Origin: Hydrurus foetidus
Lineage: Eukaryota
Length of the DNA stretch: 64,000 bases
Direction of reading: 5' to 3'
NCBI GenBank assembly: GCA_900617105.1
Contig: UYFQ01000001.1
Coordinates: 1,240,001-1,304,000, forward strand
A model generated the notes under the pieces. The model was not told the origin of the DNA, did no database searches, and saw only the letters and a program-made list of their open reading frames with translations. Each line of letters begins with the position of its first letter. Position 1 is the stretch's first letter. Both the position numbers and the translations under genes were made by a program. Below, in pieces: positions 39,992-50,210 of the stretch.

Positions 39992-40987
39992 ATGGCTATC
40001 CAGTGGTTCCCCGGTCACATGCACTTGACCAAAAAGGCCATCAGCGAACGTGTGAAAGACACCGATGTCGTGATTGAGATGTTGGACGCCCGCTTGCCCG
40101 GCTCCAGCGCCAACCCCATGCTGGCCGAGCTGACCAGCGGACGACCTGCGTTGAAGATACTGAACAAGCAAGATTTGGCCGACCCTGCCCGAACGGCACT
40201 TTGGTTGGCGCACTACAACAGCCCCGCCATCGCGCCCAGCGTATCGGCATCGGGCCACACCGCGCCAGTGCAAATCACCAAAGCCATCGGCATGGACGCC
40301 TCTGAAGCCGCCCCCGCGCAGCGCTTGATCCAGGCTTGCCGCGAACTGGCACCGCACCGCAATAGCGTGGTCAAGCCCCTGCGGGTGCTGATTTGCGGCA
40401 TCCCCAACGTGGGTAAATCCACGCTCATCAACAGCGTGTCTGGCAAAAGCACCATGAAGACGGGGGACGAGGCTGGCATCACCAAGCTGGAGCACCGCAT
40501 TGCTGTGCGCCCTGATTTCTATTTGTACGACACGCCCGGCATGCTGTGGCCGCGCATCATCGTCGAGCAAAGCGGCTACAACCTCGCCGCCAGTGGCGCG
40601 GTAGGGCGCAATGCGTTTGACGAAGAGCTGGTGGCGCTGGAGCTGGTGTCTTACCTCAAAGTCCACTACCCCGGCCTGCTGGAAGCCCGCTTCAAAATCG
40701 AGGTACACCCTGACATGGCCGACGAGGAGCTTATCGAAGCCGTAGGCCGCAAGCGCGGCGCTATTTTGGGCAAAGGCCGTGTGAACGTGCAAAAAGCCGC
40801 TGAAATCGTGATCCACGAATTCCGCTCAGCCAACTTAGGCCGCATTACGCTGGAAACGCCTGATGAGTTTGCGGGGTGGCTGGTGGCGGGCCAAGCACAA
40901 GATGCTGCGCGAGCATTGAAGAAAAAGAAAATCAAACCTGCGGTGCTTGACCGCGAGGCTTCAGCAACTGAAGGACTGCGTACCTGA
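39992..40987 (+). CDS. ylqF: Ribosome biogenesis GTPase YlqF/RbgA
   Basis: MAIQWFPGHM, DARLPGSSANP, NKQD, GIPNVGKS, DTPGMLWP. Confidence 0.94.
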   Translation: MAIQWFPGHMHLTKKAISERVKDTDVVIEMLDARLPGSSANPMLAELTSGRPALKILNKQDLADPARTALWLAHYNSPAIAPSVSASGHTAPVQITKAIGMDASEAAPAQRLIQACRELAPHRNSVVKPLRVLICGIPNVGKSTLINSVSGKSTMKTGDEAGITKLEHRIAVRPDFYLYDTPGMLWPRIIVEQSGYNLAASGAVGRNAFDEELVALELVSYLKVHYPGLLEARFKIEVHPDMADEELIEAVGRKRGAILGKGRVNVQKAAEIVIHEFRSANLGRITLETPDEFAGWLVAGQAQDAARALKKKKIKPAVLDREASATEGLRT

Positions 40988-41013
40988 TTGCAGGGGTACG
41001 CGGGCGCAGTCAG

Positions 41014-41541
41014 TTAAGCTGCTTTGCGGCTGCGTGCTTGCTTGAACGGTGTGGCCCGCTTCACGGTTGCTGCAACCACGTTGTCACCTGCAATCTTGCT
41101 GACCAGTTCGCCAGATTTTTGTTCCAGTTGCGTCGCCAGTTTACTGACCGCGACGGCGGCGGGGACAGCGGCTACGGCGAGTTGGTTCAAGGCGGTAACG
41201 CCGGTTTTTTCTTCAAAGCGGCTGGCGTTAGCGGCAACTTGCTCGATGCCATCGGCAGCGAACTTGATGAATTTGTCCACCACAGACTCTGCGCCTTCGG
41301 TCGTCATGGCCACACCTTTGGCGTAGTAGCTGCCCAGCACTTTTTGGGCGTTCAATGCGTTTTTGCGCACTTCAGCTGTCAGCTGGGGGCTGGATTCTTG
41401 AAAGGCGCTGTCCCAACGCTGCTCTAAAAAATCCACCATGCGGTCACCACCAGCGCGGTAAGCATGGATCACGTTCTTGGCGGTGTTGCCGTAAGAGGCG
41501 ATCAAATCGCTGGTGATGCTGGAAAGGTTGGTTGCGTGCAT
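41014..41541 (-). CDS. Hypothetical Ala-rich helical protein (possibly phasin-like)
   Basis: 175-aa amphipathic Ala-rich ORF with basic C-terminus; function inferred only. Confidence 0.6.
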   Translation of the reverse strand: MHATNLSSITSDLIASYGNTAKNVIHAYRAGGDRMVDFLEQRWDSAFQESSPQLTAEVRKNALNAQKVLGSYYAKGVAMTTEGAESVVDKFIKFAADGIEQVAANASRFEEKTGVTALNQLAVAAVPAAVAVSKLATQLEQKSGELVSKIAGDNVVAATVKRATPFKQARSRKAA

Positions 41542-41647
41542 GGCTTGGATTCCTAAAAATGGGTGATAGTCATATTCTCAGGGTTTGCCCTAGGTAAAGC
41601 ACCCTAATAGTCAGGGTGCTTGCCACTGATTTTCTAGGGGGTTCGGC

Positions 41648-43117
41648 CTAACTTGCCCCCTTCAACTTATCCCCGTTCTCGGCTGGGATCGACCCCATAA
41701 GTACCATCACAAACCGGCATCCCCGCCCCGACGCTGTAGCCTCCAGCGTCAAACTGCCCCCTTGCTGACGCGCCACTTCCCGCGCTATCGCTAACCCCAG
41801 ACCACTGCCCGCCACGTCAAGCGAACCGGCCCCGCGCTCGAAGCGCTCGAACACGCGCACTTGGTCTGGCGGTGCAATGCCGGGGCCGTCGTCTTCCACC
41901 GCCCACCACGCACGGCCTGCTTGCTCGCCCCATGACACGTCAATGCGGCTGCCCGGCGGGCAGTAGTGCAGGGCGTTGTCGATCAGGTTGTCGATGGCGG
42001 TACGCAGCAGGGCCGCGTTGGCCTGCACTTGTACGGTGGGGCCTGCTGCCAGGGATGCCAGCCCGAGGTCATGCCCGGTGTCGATGGCGCGCATGGCGTG
42101 TTCTTCTACCCGCTCGCGCAGCAAATGGCCTAAATCCACGGTGCCTGCGCTTGCCTGGGTAGGCTGGGTAAATGAGGTAGGGGTCGCAGGGTTGGCGCAA
42201 GCTGCATCCAGCCTAGAAAGCACCAGCACTTGGCTCAGAACAGCACCTGCACGCTGCACACCGTGCTGCAAAGTTTGTAGCATTGCAGCTTGACGGGCTG
42301 GGTCAGTTTCTTGGCCCAGCACATGGGCTTGCGCACCGATCACGGCCAGCGGGGTGCGCAGCTCGTGGGCGGCATCGGCGAAAAAGCGTTGCTCTGTAGC
42401 CCGTAAATTCGCCTCACGCACGGCATAGGCATCGAGCGCGGCGGTGATAGGGCGCAGCTCCAGCGGATCATGCGCTGCGTCGGCTATCGGCTCTTGGCTG
42501 CCTGCATGGCGCTCAGCGATGCGCTGGCCCAGACGCTGCAAGGGCTGCAGGCCACGCCACGTTGCCAGCCACAGCGCGACCATCAGTAATGCCGCGTAAA
42601 TCAGGGGGGTGATGATGACTTGGCGGATGATTTTGTCGTCAATTTGCTTGTAAAAGCGCTGCGTGAGGCCCACCACGGCCCAGATTTTGCCGTCCGGGCT
42701 GGTCACGGCCATCACCCGCCAGCCATTCAGCTCGTGATGCCTGCGTGGCTCCACACTGCCAGGTGGTATCTTGGCAAAGCTGGTGGCCATGCCGTCAGCA
42801 GACAGCAGTTGCCCGTCAGCTGTCCACACTTGCCAGCCGAAATCCCCTTCGTTGATAGGCAGTTTGCTGTTGATCGCATTGAGTTGCCTGATTTGCTGAG
42901 CCACGGCCAGCGCATGAGTAGGTGTAGGGTTCAGTGCTGTAAAGCGGGCGATGGCATCGGCTGGCAGCACCATTTCGGTGTCAAGCCCACCGGTTAGAGG
43001 TTGGTAAGCTTGTCGGATGTTGTAGGCGAAGCTGGTGGTAATGGCCACCATCATCACCAGCAATTGCCAGCCAAACAGCTCACGGAACAGGGAAGGGCGG
43101 ATGAGTTTTTGCAGCAT
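41648..43117 (-). CDS. Sensor histidine kinase, QseC-like
   Basis: 2 TM; FFADAAHELRTPL, NLIDNAL.Y, EDDGPGI, GSGLGL. Confidence 0.9.
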   Translation of the reverse strand: MLQKLIRPSLFRELFGWQLLVMMVAITTSFAYNIRQAYQPLTGGLDTEMVLPADAIARFTALNPTPTHALAVAQQIRQLNAINSKLPINEGDFGWQVWTADGQLLSADGMATSFAKIPPGSVEPRRHHELNGWRVMAVTSPDGKIWAVVGLTQRFYKQIDDKIIRQVIITPLIYAALLMVALWLATWRGLQPLQRLGQRIAERHAGSQEPIADAAHDPLELRPITAALDAYAVREANLRATEQRFFADAAHELRTPLAVIGAQAHVLGQETDPARQAAMLQTLQHGVQRAGAVLSQVLVLSRLDAACANPATPTSFTQPTQASAGTVDLGHLLRERVEEHAMRAIDTGHDLGLASLAAGPTVQVQANAALLRTAIDNLIDNALHYCPPGSRIDVSWGEQAGRAWWAVEDDGPGIAPPDQVRVFERFERGAGSLDVAGSGLGLAIAREVARQQGGSLTLEATASGRGCRFVMVLMGSIPAENGDKLKGAS

Positions 43118-43147
43118 GGTGACTATCTCAGAGGGCCTCAGATGACC

Positions 43148-43804
43148 TCAGCGTGGCATCAAATACCCCACGCCGCGCACGGTGCGGATCGTGTCTGCAC
43201 CCAGTTTGCGCCGCAGGCCGTGGATTTGGAATTCCAGCGCACCGGCACTGGGCTCATCCTCGCTTGCCCAGACCCGCTGCACCAAGGCTTCACGCCGCAC
43301 CACCCGCCCGGCTTGGCGGGCCAGTTCGCACAGGATGCTGAATTCACGCGGGGTCATCGCCAAAGGCTCGCCGTTCAAGGTGACGGTTTGCTGCTGCGGG
43401 TCAATCACCAGCGGCCCTAACTGCCATGCCGTCACCGCCTGCCCCGCCGAGCGCCTGATCGCCACATGGATGCGGGCAATCAACTCGGGCACCATGAAGG
43501 GCTTGATGACGTAATCGTCCGCCCCGCCGTTCAGCGCCCGCAGCCGGTCGTCCAGCGCATCGCGGGCGGTCATCACCAGCACGGGCACGGTGTTGTGGTG
43601 GCTGCGCAGTTGGGCCAGCAGGGTGAAGCCCTCGCCATCGGGCAGGTTGATGTCGAGCAGCACGCAATCTGTGTCATTCGCTTGCAGGCAAGCCGCGCCA
43701 TCGGCCAAGCGGCGCACCCAGACGGAGGTGAAGCCGGACTGGACGAGTGCCCGCTGCAAGGCGTGTCCTAAATCCAGATCGTCTTCAATCAGCAGGATTT
43801 TCAT
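43148..43804 (-). CDS. OmpR-family response regulator, QseB-like
   Basis: ILLIEDD, LDINLPDGEG, GADDYVIKPF, LRRKLG..IRTVRGVGY. Confidence 0.92.
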   Translation of the reverse strand: MKILLIEDDLDLGHALQRALVQSGFTSVWVRRLADGAACLQANDTDCVLLDINLPDGEGFTLLAQLRSHHNTVPVLVMTARDALDDRLRALNGGADDYVIKPFMVPELIARIHVAIRRSAGQAVTAWQLGPLVIDPQQQTVTLNGEPLAMTPREFSILCELARQAGRVVRREALVQRVWASEDEPSAGALEFQIHGLRRKLGADTIRTVRGVGYLMPR

Positions 43805-43819
43805 GGGGTCAAGGATGCC

Positions 43820-45652
43820 TTACTTCTTACGCACGATGTAGCCTGAATAGCTGAAACGTTCTTCACCATCCACCACGGTGCTGCGGAGGGTGTCGCCTGC
43901 GCCTGCCAGCGAACCCAGCACCAATGCCTCGGTGTCAGAAACAGGTGACACCACCCTGCGCAGGGTCTGCCCTGGCGCGTCAACACCGGTTATTTCCAGC
44001 ACCAAGTGGCCGTGATCTTCTACCAGTGCAATGCGCTCTGCCACTTTCGGGTCATTTTCCAGATTGGTGACCTCGTACACCCCCAGCCGCTTCGCCCAGG
44101 CTTCGGAGTGGGCCGATGGGGTGATGCGCTCCCCAACCAACATCTCTTGGCGACCGATGCGGGCAACCAGTACCGTGCGGTGGTTGACGCGGCGTAATGC
44201 CAGCCCTGCCTGACCCAATTCGCCCAGGTCGATGTGAATGAAGCCCAGCAAGGCGTAGTCCAACCCTAGCAATCCATCGGTACGCAGACGCAAATCCAAG
44301 GTTTTGCCTGCAAGCACCGCGTGCGCTTTTTGCCCCTCAACACGCACCTGTACCAAGCCAAATGGTGTGGTGTAGTCGCCGTCTATTTGCTGCAACAAGT
44401 CTGCGGGAATGGGGGCTTTTGCCCAAGTTATCTGTGGAGGTGGACGCTGGGGTTGCTGGATACCTGTTTTGGCTTCTAACGCCAGCTTCAGTGTCTCAGT
44501 CGCCACATGGTCAACAACGCGCCCCGCAGTGCGGGAGTTGCCCAGCACCACCACGCCCAGCTTGTGGTCTGGCAACAAGTACATCTGGCTGCGAAAGCCA
44601 CCTATCACACCTGCGTGGTGGGCGACTGGCCCTGCGTTTTCTAGGGTGGATGTGCCCAGAGTGCTTAGCATCCAGCCCAAGCCGACTTTGAAATTGAAGT
44701 CCAGCGCAACGTCCGTGTTTTGGGGACGCAGCATTTCTGCCACTGATTCTGATTTGAGGATACGGACTTCGCTCGCTATGCCTGCTTGCGCTCCTGTTTT
44801 TCCATCAGCAAACACCATCGACATGAACCGACTCAGGTCGAGGGCACTGGCGCTCAGCCCCCCTGCTGGCACGTCACGCAGGGGCATTTCAGGCACGGGC
44901 TCTCGCCCACGGTAGCCTTTGGCCATCAAAGGGGAGTCTGCTGGCTGGGTATCGAAACGGGCATGGTGCATCCCCAAAGGGGCCAGCACGGCATCTTGCA
45001 TGTGCTGCGCAAAGGGTTTGGCGGTAACGGTTTGCACCACATCACCCAGCAGGGTCAAGCCCAGGTTGGAGTACGAAAAAACGTAATTGGGTGGCGTGGT
45101 TACAAAAGTTGACCCCAGCGTGGCCGTGAATTCATCCAAACCTTGCGGCGTGGTGGTGTGGAAGCCTTTCAACTGGTCGCGTGGCAGGCCGGAATGGTGT
45201 GTCATCAGTTGGCGCGGGGTGATAGAGGATGCCGGTGTGAAGCGGCTTTGGGGTGCGAAGCCCGGCAGGTAGGTTTGCACAGGTTTGTCAATATCGAGCC
45301 GGCCTTGCTCGGCCAACTGGAGGGCCGCCACATCGGTGAACAGCTTGGAGATCGAAGCGACGCGGTAAAGCGTGTCTGCACTGGCTGGTTTTTTGGCCTC
45401 CGCATCCGCAAAACCAAAGCCTTGCGCCCAGACCACGCGCTGATCGTCTACCAACGCAATCGAGAGACCCGGCACCTTGTACTTGTCCATCTCATGCGCA
45501 ATCAGTTGGGTGGCGTACGCTTGAGTGGCGGCGTAGTCGCCGCGTGCAATGCTGGCGGGGCGCTGTGGTGCGGCAGCACAGCCTGCCAGCAGCGTGGCGA
45601 CGGCGATGGATGTGGAAAGTCCAAGCGTTAGCCATTGAGGGTGAAATTTCAT
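43820..45652 (-). CDS. Lipoprotein serine hydrolase (beta-lactamase class C/PBP family) with C-terminal extension
   Basis: Lipobox LAGC; SISK (SxxK), LMTHHSG, YSN, HAG. Confidence 0.88.
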   Translation of the reverse strand: MKFHPQWLTLGLSTSIAVATLLAGCAAAPQRPASIARGDYAATQAYATQLIAHEMDKYKVPGLSIALVDDQRVVWAQGFGFADAEAKKPASADTLYRVASISKLFTDVAALQLAEQGRLDIDKPVQTYLPGFAPQSRFTPASSITPRQLMTHHSGLPRDQLKGFHTTTPQGLDEFTATLGSTFVTTPPNYVFSYSNLGLTLLGDVVQTVTAKPFAQHMQDAVLAPLGMHHARFDTQPADSPLMAKGYRGREPVPEMPLRDVPAGGLSASALDLSRFMSMVFADGKTGAQAGIASEVRILKSESVAEMLRPQNTDVALDFNFKVGLGWMLSTLGTSTLENAGPVAHHAGVIGGFRSQMYLLPDHKLGVVVLGNSRTAGRVVDHVATETLKLALEAKTGIQQPQRPPPQITWAKAPIPADLLQQIDGDYTTPFGLVQVRVEGQKAHAVLAGKTLDLRLRTDGLLGLDYALLGFIHIDLGELGQAGLALRRVNHRTVLVARIGRQEMLVGERITPSAHSEAWAKRLGVYEVTNLENDPKVAERIALVEDHGHLVLEITGVDAPGQTLRRVVSPVSDTEALVLGSLAGAGDTLRSTVVDGEERFSYSGYIVRKK

Positions 45653-45695
45653 TGAGGGCAAGTAGGGAGTAGGAACCGCTGCATTGTGGGTGCAC

Positions 45696-45714
45696 TGGCT
45701 TTGGTTTGGCTTAG
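45696..45714 (-). promoter_or_regulatory. 11-bp-period direct repeat box, putative OmpR-family binding site
   Basis: TGGCTTTG at 45696 and TGGCTTAG at 45707; -10-like CACAAT (minus strand) at 45683-45688. Confidence 0.55.
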
Positions 45715-45788
45715 GGAAAGAGATGGCTGCGCTATTTGCATTTGCCCGTTAGCGTGGAAAACGGAGCATGCCTAAGCTATCTGCAAAG

Positions 45789-46631
45789 TTACACGCCCCG
45801 TGATGCCGCCAGCGGGCTACGGGTTGTGACCGCATCAAACCGCGCCGCATAGTCAGCCCGTTCCGTGCCGCACCAGCGATCCCACCATGTGAACCACAGG
45901 CCGTAGTTGCCTTTGGCGGTTTCGTGGTGCAAATGGTGGTGCGTGGTGGTGGTGAAGCGCCCACCCAGCCAATGGGTTGTGAAGCCGCGCGGCATGATTT
46001 CAACCGCCGCATGGCCGTGGGCGTTGCGCAGGATTTGGTGCAGGCCGAACAAGAAAATCACCCCGCCGTGCAGCGGCACAGCCCACAGCGCCAGCGGCGT
46101 GACCAAGGCATTGACCAGTGCCTCCAGCGGATGGAAGGCGTAAGCCGCCCAAGGCGAGGGGTTGCGCGAACGATGGTGTACGCCGTGTACCCGCCGAAAC
46201 AGCCAAGGGTGGTGCAGCAGCCGGTGCGTGATGTAAAAGTAAAAATCGTGCCACAAAAGCATGGTCGGAAAACTGCACACCAGCCAGACCCAGCCGTAGT
46301 GGTCAGGCTTCCTGTAGACCTCCATGTGCCCGTGGATGACCATCGCAAAAGTGCCTAAGCCCACGGCACCAAAAACCAGCAGAGAGCTGCCGGAATACGC
46401 CATTTCACGCCGGATATCGCGACCTGTGGGCCAAGCGTCAATCAGGCGGTGGGCGAGTCGGCGTTTGAGCAGCACGTGCAACACCCCCCACACGATGAGC
46501 GCACCGATGAGGTAGCGCGTACCTTCCATCATCAGGTTGAAGGCAAACACCCGGCCCAGCCATGCCCAGGCGGCGGGTTGTTGCCACACCGTGGTGGCAT
46601 CGGAAAACAGAGTCCAGGTGGTCATGGGCAT
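45789..46631 (-). CDS. Sterol desaturase / fatty acid hydroxylase family protein
   Basis: His boxes HRLLH, VHGVHH, HHHLHH; NYGLWFTWWDR; start uncertain (46625, 46631 or 46634). Confidence 0.9.
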   Translation of the reverse strand: MPMTTWTLFSDATTVWQQPAAWAWLGRVFAFNLMMEGTRYLIGALIVWGVLHVLLKRRLAHRLIDAWPTGRDIRREMAYSGSSLLVFGAVGLGTFAMVIHGHMEVYRKPDHYGWVWLVCSFPTMLLWHDFYFYITHRLLHHPWLFRRVHGVHHRSRNPSPWAAYAFHPLEALVNALVTPLALWAVPLHGGVIFLFGLHQILRNAHGHAAVEIMPRGFTTHWLGGRFTTTTHHHLHHETAKGNYGLWFTWWDRWCGTERADYAARFDAVTTRSPLAASRGV

Positions 46632-46679
46632 CACGTCCTTGAGGATGAGGATGAATCAATACCCGAAGTGTTCCACGTC

Positions 46680-46698
46680 AGGCTTTGGAATGGCTTTG
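46680..46698 (-). promoter_or_regulatory. 11-bp-period direct repeat box, putative OmpR-family binding site
   Basis: AGGCTTTG at 46680 and TGGCTTTG at 46691 upstream of the desaturase. Confidence 0.55.
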
Positions 46699-46777
46699 AA
46701 CCCCATTGAGATGGTCGGCAGCGGCATTTGCATCCAGATGCCTCACAGAAAACGAATTTCATGAATTCACGCCATGT

Positions 46778-46791
46778 TTGATCTGCATCAA
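46778..46791 (+). promoter_or_regulatory. FNR-type binding site (class II promoter geometry)
   Basis: Perfect TTGAT-CTGC-ATCAA; -10-like AATAAT at 46813-46818. Confidence 0.75.
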
Positions 46792-46879
46792 GTTCATATT
46801 TTTGTCCTAGACAATAATTGGAGCTACATCTTTCTAACCCTCTGCGTGCTTTTATTTTTACCACTGATGAGGTCAGACT

Positions 46880-48445
46880 ATGCGAATCAATCTACCGATT
46901 ACCCAGCGTGAGTTCGACTATCCTGCCGGTGAAATGCTGGTGTCAACCACGGACACCAAGGGTGTCATCATCCATTGCAACCATGCGTTTTGCCAAACCA
47001 GTGGTTACAGCTATGACGAGCTGATCGGTCAGCCGCACAGCATGGTGCGCCATCCGGACATGCCCGGCGAGGCATTTAAGGACATGTGGCGCACCGTTGG
47101 CAGTGGGCGCCCGTGGACGGGCACAGTCAAAAATCGGCGCAAAAATGGCGACCATTACTGGGTGCAGGCCAATGTCACGCCCATCATGAAACATGGCAAA
47201 CCCAGTGGCTACATGTCGGTTCGTACCAAACCAACGCGCCAGCAAATTGACGCAGCACAGGCGCTGTATGCGCAGTTGAGGGTGACTTCCAAAAAGCCCG
47301 CTTTTCGCTTGCACGGTGGCCAGGTGCGCTACCTTGGGTTGCGTGGCTTGTTAGGCCGCTTGCAGCGCCTGACCCTGACAGCTCGCTTGGGTGTGGCTCT
47401 GGCAGTGATGGTGGCACTGGGGCTGTTGCCGCTGTTGCTGGGTGCGCAGGGGGTGGTCTTGGGTTTGCTACAGGCCACTGGTTTGATGTTGGGTGCCTTG
47501 GGCGCAATGACATGGTTCCACCGGCAGGTGGTAGGGGGCATTGTGGCGGCAGGGCGCTTTGCTGACGATTTGGCAGGTTGCAACCTCACCACCACGATCA
47601 GCAACCACCAGCCCAGGCCCCTGGGTTCGCTGGTACGCAGCATGCGCCAAGTGCAAATCAACCTGTGTGCCGTGGTGGGCGATGTGCGTGGAGAGATTGC
47701 CAGCTTCACCCAGTCTGCCGCAGAGATCGCTTCCGGCGGCATGGATTTATCGGCCCGCACCGAATCACAGGCCAGCAGTTTGCAGCAGACCGCTGCATCC
47801 ATGGAGGAGCTGTCCAGCACGGTGATGCAAACAGCCTCTACGGCAACCCAGGTGTTCGCTGAGAGCACCAAAAGCGCGGAGGTGGCGAACCAGGGCGGTA
47901 CTGCTGTACACAACGTGGGTCTCGCGATGCAGGCGATCAATGCCTCGTCAGGCAAGATGGCGGACATCATCAGCGTGATCGAAGGTATCGCTTTTCAAAC
48001 GAACATTCTCTCGCTCAACGCAGCGGTGGAAGCAGCCCGCGCTGGTGACCATGGCCGTGGTTTTGCGGTAGTTGCCGCTGAAGTGCGGCTGCTGGCACAG
48101 CGCAGCGCTTTGGCTGCGAAAGAAATCAGCACGCTGATTGCGGACTCGGCGGCGCAAATCCACGAAGGCACCCTGCAAATGAGCAACGCAGGCCGAACCA
48201 TTGACGAGGTGGTGAAGTCGGTACAGGGGGTGAGTGCACTGATTGCCCGTATCAGCAACGCCGCCACGGAGCAGGCGCTGGGCATTTCGCAAGTGAACGA
48301 AGCCGTGACCGAGTTGGATGCAGTGACCCAACAAAACGCCGCGCTGGTCGAGCAGTCTGCCGCCTCAGCCGATGGCCTGAGTTACAGCGCGGTGACTTTG
48401 GCGCGTTCCGTTCAGGTGTTTCACCTGCCGGCATCCACTGCTTAG
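46880..48445 (+). CDS. aer: Aerotaxis receptor-like PAS-containing MCP
   Basis: [48 protein letters not shown] core [17 protein letters not shown]. Confidence 0.88.
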   Translation: MRINLPITQREFDYPAGEMLVSTTDTKGVIIHCNHAFCQTSGYSYDELIGQPHSMVRHPDMPGEAFKDMWRTVGSGRPWTGTVKNRRKNGDHYWVQANVTPIMKHGKPSGYMSVRTKPTRQQIDAAQALYAQLRVTSKKPAFRLHGGQVRYLGLRGLLGRLQRLTLTARLGVALAVMVALGLLPLLLGAQGVVLGLLQATGLMLGALGAMTWFHRQVVGGIVAAGRFADDLAGCNLTTTISNHQPRPLGSLVRSMRQVQINLCAVVGDVRGEIASFTQSAAEIASGGMDLSARTESQASSLQQTAASMEELSSTVMQTASTATQVFAESTKSAEVANQGGTAVHNVGLAMQAINASSGKMADIISVIEGIAFQTNILSLNAAVEAARAGDHGRGFAVVAAEVRLLAQRSALAAKEISTLIADSAAQIHEGTLQMSNAGRTIDEVVKSVQGVSALIARISNAATEQALGISQVNEAVTELDAVTQQNAALVEQSAASADGLSYSAVTLARSVQVFHLPASTA

Positions 48446-48500
48446 CCTTTGCAGCACGACCCTAACACGCCGTGCGTCAACGGCCAAAAAGGTATTCAAA

Positions 48501-50210
48501 ATGCTTGCTATTGATGCGCTTGCACAGGACATGCTGAGCCACATTTTGGATGGGGTCATCACCATCAGTGTGCGCGGCCAGATCGAGTTCATCAACACGG
48601 CCGCCAGCACCCTGTTTGGCTACAGTGCCGAAGAGATGGTAGGACAAAACGTTTCCATGCTGATGCCTGAGCCGCACCGCAGCCAGCACGACAGCTATTT
48701 ACAGCATTACCAGCGCTCCGGTGAGGCGCGTACCGTGGGCATCCTGCGTGAGTTGGACGGGATGCATAAAAACGGCCAAGTGTTTCCGATGAGCCTGTCT
48801 GTTTCCAAAGTTGTGCATGCAGGGCAAACGGTGTTCATGGGGGTGGTGCGCAACCTGACCCAACAGCGCGAAGTAGAAGAAAAAGTTCATCGCTTGGCCT
48901 TTTATGACCCGCTGACCAACCTGGCCAACCGCCGCTTGCTGATCGACCGCCTTCAGCTGACCATGACAACTTGCGCACGTACAGGGGAGCACGGGGCTGT
49001 CATGTTGCTGGACATAGACCACTTCAAACAGGTCAATGACACGATGAGCCACGAGATGGGGGATCTGCTGCTTCAACTGGCTGCCCAGCGCATCAAATCA
49101 TGCATTCGCAACACCGATACGGTAGCCCGCATAGGGGGGGATGAGTTTGAGGTCTTGCTAACCCCATTGAGTCGGAACATCCGCGATGCGGCCAAACAAG
49201 CAGAGGTTGTTGCCAACAAAATCCTGCAAGCACTGAATGAGCCTTACAGCTTGCGTGGCCATATTCACCGCTGTACGGCAAGCATTGGCATCGCCATGTT
49301 CATGGAGGAACAAGAGTCTTTGACGGAACTGGTTAAGAAAGCTGACGTGGCGATGTACCAGGCCAAATCCACTGGGCGTGGTCGGGTATGTTTTTTTGAC
49401 CCCGCCATTCAGACGGCCATGCTGGAGCGCAACGCGCTGGAAGGGGACTTGCGCCGGGGTCTGGAACGCCATGAGTTCGTGTTGCATTACCAGTTGCAGT
49501 TTGACCGCTACGCCGAGGTCGTCGGTGCGGAAGCACTGGTACGTTGGAACAACTCGGCGCGTGGCATGGTGTCGCCCGCCGAGTTTATTCCTCTGGCCGA
49601 AGAAACAGGTCTGGTGCTGCCCCTGGGGCAATGGGTATTGGAGACTGCCTGTGCGCAGCTGGCCGTGTGGGCGCAAAGTCCGGCCACCGCGCACTGGACG
49701 CTGGCCGTCAATGTGAGTGCGTCTCAGTTTTCGCAGGCGGGCTTTGTCGGCAACGTGCTCAATGCCTTGAGGCTTTCCGGGGCCAATCCGCACCGGCTAA
49801 AGCTGGAGTTGACTGAAAGTATGCTGATCAACGATATCGAGGAAATTATCGTCAAGATGAACACCATCAAGGCCCTGGGCGTGAGCTTTTCGCTGGACGA
49901 CTTTGGCACAGGTTACTCGTCGCTGAGCTACCTCAAACGGTTGCCTATAGACCAGCTCAAAATCGACCAGTCTTTTGTCCGCGACCTGCTCTCTGATGCC
50001 AGCAGTGCTGTGATTGCCCGTACCGTGGTGGCCCTGGGCCACAGCCTGGGCTTGTCGGTCATTGCCGAAGGCGTAGAAACGCAGGATCAATGTGATTTTT
50101 TGGATGGCATGGGTTGCGATGCGTACCAGGGGTATTTTTTCGCGCGCCCCATGAGCAGCGCTGCCTTAACCAAGTTTGTCGCCCAAGATCAGCACGCCAG
50201 CCTTGTCTGA
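48501..50210 (+). CDS. PAS(FixL-like heme)-GGDEF-EAL protein
   Basis: NVSMLMPEPHRSQHDSYL (FixL-type heme His); [21 protein letters not shown]. Confidence 0.9.
   Translation: MLAIDALAQDMLSHILDGVITISVRGQIEFINTAASTLFGYSAEEMVGQNVSMLMPEPHRSQHDSYLQHYQRSGEARTVGILRELDGMHKNGQVFPMSLSVSKVVHAGQTVFMGVVRNLTQQREVEEKVHRLAFYDPLTNLANRRLLIDRLQLTMTTCARTGEHGAVMLLDIDHFKQVNDTMSHEMGDLLLQLAAQRIKSCIRNTDTVARIGGDEFEVLLTPLSRNIRDAAKQAEVVANKILQALNEPYSLRGHIHRCTASIGIAMFMEEQESLTELVKKADVAMYQAKSTGRGRVCFFDPAIQTAMLERNALEGDLRRGLERHEFVLHYQLQFDRYAEVVGAEALVRWNNSARGMVSPAEFIPLAEETGLVLPLGQWVLETACAQLAVWAQSPATAHWTLAVNVSASQFSQAGFVGNVLNALRLSGANPHRLKLELTESMLINDIEEIIVKMNTIKALGVSFSLDDFGTGYSSLSYLKRLPIDQLKIDQSFVRDLLSDASSAVIARTVVALGHSLGLSVIAEGVETQDQCDFLDGMGCDAYQGYFFARPMSSAALTKFVAQDQHASLV

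Noticed and set aside
43820..45652. Antibiotic-resistance beta-lactamase
   Set aside because: SxxK and YxN motifs are shared by many esterases and peptidases of this fold; no evidence for beta-lactam hydrolysis.
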